27,107 nucleotides of DNA from Bacillota bacterium (GTDB lineage Bacteria > Bacillota > Dethiobacteria > Dethiobacterales > Dethiobacteraceae), in NCBI GenBank assembly GCA_012841735.1, contig DUUE01000078.1, positions 1 through 27,107 on the forward strand. Reading direction: 5' to 3'. Positions 24,419 to 27,107 of the stretch are shown one piece after another (position 1 is the stretch's first letter; every line of letters starts with the position of its first letter). The notes under the pieces are model-generated. The model did no database searches. It worked only from the letters and a program-made list of their open reading frames with translations, and was not told the origin of the DNA. Position numbers and translations under genes: made by a program.

Positions 24419-25026
24419 TTTCTCACTCTCTCTTCCCTTCTGTCAGTTATAAAAGAATTTAACAAGACTTGTAATGTGGATGCCACATAGTTTTTCAGGG
24501 AATAAGCATATTTCTGAAAACGCCATGTCAGACAGGCGGCATGAAAAAAGCCAAGAATAATTTCCGCTATTTGGGCGGCCGACAATTCGCAGGACAAAAG
24601 CCCGGCCTGCTGGGCTTTGGCGGCCAGGTCCCGGAGCGCCGTCAGGCGCCCGAAATAGATCTTTTTGATTTTCTCACGAAAATCGTCTTCACAGGCCAAC
24701 ACATCATACGACTGGGTGATTGCCGTTATCTGCGGGTAATTCTCATAATACTCGGCATAAGTTACTACATAATAAAAAATGGCCTGCAGGTAATCTTTCT
24801 GCTGCAGTGATGATGCGCTGATATCACTGTCATACTGGGCATAAAAATCAAGCACGGCATGCAGCAAATCCACTTTCTTCGGAAAATGCTTAAAGACAGC
24901 CGCTTCCGTAATGCCCTGCCTTTTGGCCACCTCCCTGGTCGAGATACCTTTAATGCCGTATTCATTGATTACATCAATGGTCGTCAATACGATCCTTTCT
25001 TTCCGGTGGAGAAATGAATAGCCCAT
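24403..25026 (-). CDS. TetR/AcrR-family transcriptional regulator
   Basis: N-terminal HTH GIKGISTREVAKRQGITEAAVFKHFPKK; 3' end overlaps the cheY start by 16 nt; RBS GGAGG. Confidence 0.92.
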   Translation of the reverse strand: MGYSFLHRKERIVLTTIDVINEYGIKGISTREVAKRQGITEAAVFKHFPKKVDLLHAVLDFYAQYDSDISASSLQQKDYLQAIFYYVVTYAEYYENYPQITAITQSYDVLACEDDFREKIKKIYFGRLTALRDLAAKAQQAGLLSCELSAAQIAEIILGFFHAACLTWRFQKYAYSLKNYVASTLQVLLNSFITDRREERVRKWQEF

Positions 25027-25040
25027 ATAACCTCCAAGTG

Positions 25041-25058
25041 AGTAAGCATTAACTTACT
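25041..25058. promoter_or_regulatory. Palindromic operator, probable TetR autoregulatory site
   Basis: AGTAAG-CATTAA-CTTACT between the sigma28 -10 box and the tetR RBS. Confidence 0.6.
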
Positions 25059-25062
25059 GTTT

Positions 25063-25089
25063 TTATCGGCACCAAAGGTTAAAACTTTA
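25063..25089 (-). promoter_or_regulatory. sigma28 (FliA/SigD) promoter for the tetR-che operon
   Basis: Minus strand TAAAGTTT (25089-25082) - 11 nt - GCCGATAA (25070-25063): exact match to the extended sigma28 consensus. Confidence 0.9.
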
Positions 25090-25123
25090 CCTTATACAGG
25101 GCAGTTTTTCTGCTTTTAGGCAG

Positions 25124-25147
25124 AAAAAAACCCGCTTTTGCGGGTTT
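25124..25147 (-). terminator. Intrinsic terminator after the HD hydrolase
   Basis: AAACCCGC-AAAA-GCGGGTTT followed by more T's on the minus strand, just after stop 25153. Confidence 0.85.
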
Positions 25148-25152
25148 ATGCG

Positions 25153-25731
25153 CTACAGTTCACCCTGAAGGCCGATCTCTGCGGCTACCGTCTGCATCCC
25201 CTTGATTGTTTCGGCAATAATTTCATCCAGTTCCATCCCCAGCAGCCGGGCGCCTTCGGCAATTACCTCCCTGTTCACGCCGGCGGCAAAGCCTTTCTGC
25301 TTCCATTTTTTCCTGACCGATTTTACTTCCGTATCCAGAATACTTTTACTGGGCCGCATCAGTGCGGTGGCGGCTATGAGCCCCGTCAGCTCGTCAATGG
25401 TATATAAAACTTTCTCCATACGCTCCACCGGCTCCACAGCGGAACATATTTTCCAGCCGTGACTGACAACCGCACGGATATAATCTTCCGGCCAGCCGTG
25501 CTCCTGCAGGATTTCGCCGGTTTTTGTGCAGTGCTCGTCCGGGTAACGTTCATAATCCAGGTCATGAATCAGCCCGATTACACCCCACTTTTCCACGTCT
25601 TCCTGAAAGAGGGCGGCAAAATGCCGCATGACCGCTTCCACGGCCAGGGCATGCTTAATGAGACTGTCATTCTTGTTATACTCTGTCAGCAGCCTGTAAG
25701 CTTCTTCCCTTGTCGGTACCTTTCCCTGCAT
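25153..25731 (-). CDS. HD-superfamily (HDIG-like) metal-dependent hydrolase
   Basis: IKHALAVE, GLIHDLDYE, AVVSHG, YTIDELTGLI; RBS GAGGTGAGG. Confidence 0.88.
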   Translation of the reverse strand: MQGKVPTREEAYRLLTEYNKNDSLIKHALAVEAVMRHFAALFQEDVEKWGVIGLIHDLDYERYPDEHCTKTGEILQEHGWPEDYIRAVVSHGWKICSAVEPVERMEKVLYTIDELTGLIAATALMRPSKSILDTEVKSVRKKWKQKGFAAGVNREVIAEGARLLGMELDEIIAETIKGMQTVAAEIGLQGEL

Positions 25732-25785
25732 TGGTAAAACCTCACCTCGGTTGTGTTTTTCCGCAGCCGGGCTGCAGTAATCATT

Positions 25786-25794
25786 ATTTTACCA
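25786..25794 (-). promoter_or_regulatory. Extended -10 element (TG-G-TAAAAT) for the HD hydrolase
   Basis: Minus strand TGGTAAAAT about 55 nt upstream of the start; weak -35 TTCCAT at 17 nt. Confidence 0.4.
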
Positions 25795-25824
25795 TTTCTC
25801 CCGCTTTGATGGAAACAGGAAAAA

Positions 25825-26580
25825 CTAACTTTTCACCGCCACAAATTCAAAGCGATAAGTGGTGATAAAATTTTCTCCAATAGGATACTGCGCCCGGCAG
25901 GCGGGGGATAGATTTTGCAGGATGCGGAAAATCTCCCGCTGCTGCGCAGGCCCCGCCCCCATCCGGTCGAACCACTCCGGCAGGTCATACTGCTGTTGCA
26001 GCAGCCGGTATTTCCGGAGGTCAAGGGGCAGTTCCCCCAGCAGTGCCAGCCACTGCCGCGGGGAATAGGAACAGTGATGGGAGCTGTCCCTGATCTTTTC
26101 CATTTTGTTTATTTCCCTTTCCGCCTCTTCCCCGTCGCAGACGGAACAATCCAGCATGTATAATTTGCCGCCCTTTTTCAGCACCCTGCACATTTCCTGC
26201 AGCGCTTTTCTGATGTTATAGAAATGGTGTGCCGCCAGCCGGCAGGCAACCAGATCAAACTGCCCGTCGGCAAAGGGCAGATTATGCACGTCACAAGCCT
26301 GAAAACTGATATTGTTTAAGCCCGATTTCCCGGCATTGACGGCCGCCTCCCGCAGCATTTCCCGGGTAATGTCAACGGCTGTCACACTTTTAACATGCGG
26401 CGCCAGCGCACAGGCAGTATGTCCGCCGCCCGTGGCCACATCGAGTGCCATGGCATTCTTCTCCGGCGCCAGCAGTTTCAGCATACGCTCCAGGTCGGCC
26501 TTGTTCCCGTGTGTCCTGCTCCTGCGGTAACCGGCCGCCCGTGCTCCGAAATTGCGCTGTACTTCCCTTTCATTGCCCAT
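25825..26580 (-). CDS. Class I SAM-dependent methyltransferase (YcgJ/UbiE-like)
   Basis: ALDVATGGGHTA, AVDITREML, DVHNLPFADGQFDLVACRLAAHHF, RVLKKGG. Confidence 0.9.
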   Translation of the reverse strand: MGNEREVQRNFGARAAGYRRSRTHGNKADLERMLKLLAPEKNAMALDVATGGGHTACALAPHVKSVTAVDITREMLREAAVNAGKSGLNNISFQACDVHNLPFADGQFDLVACRLAAHHFYNIRKALQEMCRVLKKGGKLYMLDCSVCDGEEAEREINKMEKIRDSSHHCSYSPRQWLALLGELPLDLRKYRLLQQQYDLPEWFDRMGAGPAQQREIFRILQNLSPACRAQYPIGENFITTYRFEFVAVKS

Positions 26581-26789
26581 CTTTTTTCCTCCGCTTCTTT
26601 TGTCCTGTCACTGCCTGTTTGCCCGCCTGAAATATCCAGACTTTCTCCACTGCCTGCCGTAACTCCTTTTCCGGCATACCAGCATGCAGGAAATTTTACG
26701 GAAACTTCATTTTTGTCCTGAAGGAGAAGCATACCGCCGGCGCGAACATATGATGTGACAGACAAAGCACTTATTGAAGGAGTAAGAAG

Positions 26790-27107
26790 ATGAAAAACCA
26801 GGCCGCAGTATACCAGACAACAACTGCAACAAAGAAAAAGCGCCGGCGGCTGCTGCCCCTGCTGGCCGTGCTCTTTGTCGCCGCCGCCGTTTTATATTTA
26901 TTTGACACGGGGGTCCTTTTAACTTTGGGCAAACCTGACAGCCCGCTGCCGGGCGACCCTGTTACGGAACCGCCGCAGGAGGAACCTGCCGATGCACCGC
27001 CGCCTGTGGAAGAGCCGCCGGCAGAAGACCCGCCGCCTGTGGCACAGGAGCCTGCCGGCGAAGAACCTCAGGGCACCCCGCCCCCCGGAGATGAACTTCC
27101 CGTGATA
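26790..27107 (+). CDS. Partial membrane-anchored protein with Pro/Glu-rich linker (runs off the window)
   Basis: RBS GAAGGAG, ATG 26790, 106 codons with no stop: MKNQAAVYQTTTATKKKRRRLLPLLAVLFVAAAVLYLF...PPPVEEPPAEDPPPVAQEPAGEE; absent from the ORF track because it has no stop. Confidence 0.8.
   Translation, partial: MKNQAAVYQTTTATKKKRRRLLPLLAVLFVAAAVLYLFDTGVLLTLGKPDSPLPGDPVTEPPQEEPADAPPPVEEPPAEDPPPVAQEPAGEEPQGTPPPGDELPVI

Noticed and set aside
26729-26754. GCATA...CATATGAT as a sporulation sigma promoter for the right-edge ORF
   Set aside because: The -10 fits sigmaK/sigmaE, but the 13-nt spacing from GCATA is too short and there is no AC at the sigmaK -35 position.
26478-26765. 95-aa minus strand ORF in the divergent intergenic region
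   Set aside because: Overlaps the methyltransferase out of frame by about 100 nt, no RBS, no recognisable motif.
1-27107. CRISPR arrays, tRNA/rRNA genes, in-frame stop recoding or frameshifted pseudogenes
   Set aside because: No regularly spaced repeats or structural RNA signatures seen; all recognised genes appear full length with catalytic motifs intact.

Overview
A 27 kb window from a GC-rich, probably spore-forming Bacillota genome (Clostridia/Dethiobacter-like; inferred from gene content, not verified). Almost all genes are on the minus strand. In transcription order (right to left): SAM methyltransferase, HD hydrolase, terminator; then an ~11.3 kb signalling operon (tetR-cheY-cheA-cheW-mcp-cheR-cheB-cheD-PAS hybrid kinase-REC protein-HD-GYP phosphodiesterase) ending at a strong terminator; then flavodoxin/HemG-like, FMN-binding membrane protein, rlmL-type methyltransferase, HAD phosphatase, CbrA-like flavoprotein, unknown lipoprotein, heme-c (CxxCH) sensor kinase, OmpR-type regulator and acpS; then iscR-iscS-iscU-nnr-CBS-YdcC-like lipoprotein-LysM. 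A probable IS1182/MITE end lies at the left edge and a partial Pro/Glu-rich membrane-anchored ORF on the + strand at the right edge. The strongest unexplained signal is upstream of the chemosensory operon: an exact match to the sigma28 consensus (TAAAGTTT-N11-GCCGATAA) followed directly by a palindromic operator and a TetR gene that overlaps cheY. The receptor is E. coli Tar-like (36H by eye) while CheY is Bacillus-like, and the operon ends in a phosphorelay plus c-di-GMP phosphodiesterase. All assignments come from motif reading and recalled family knowledge; no database searches were run.
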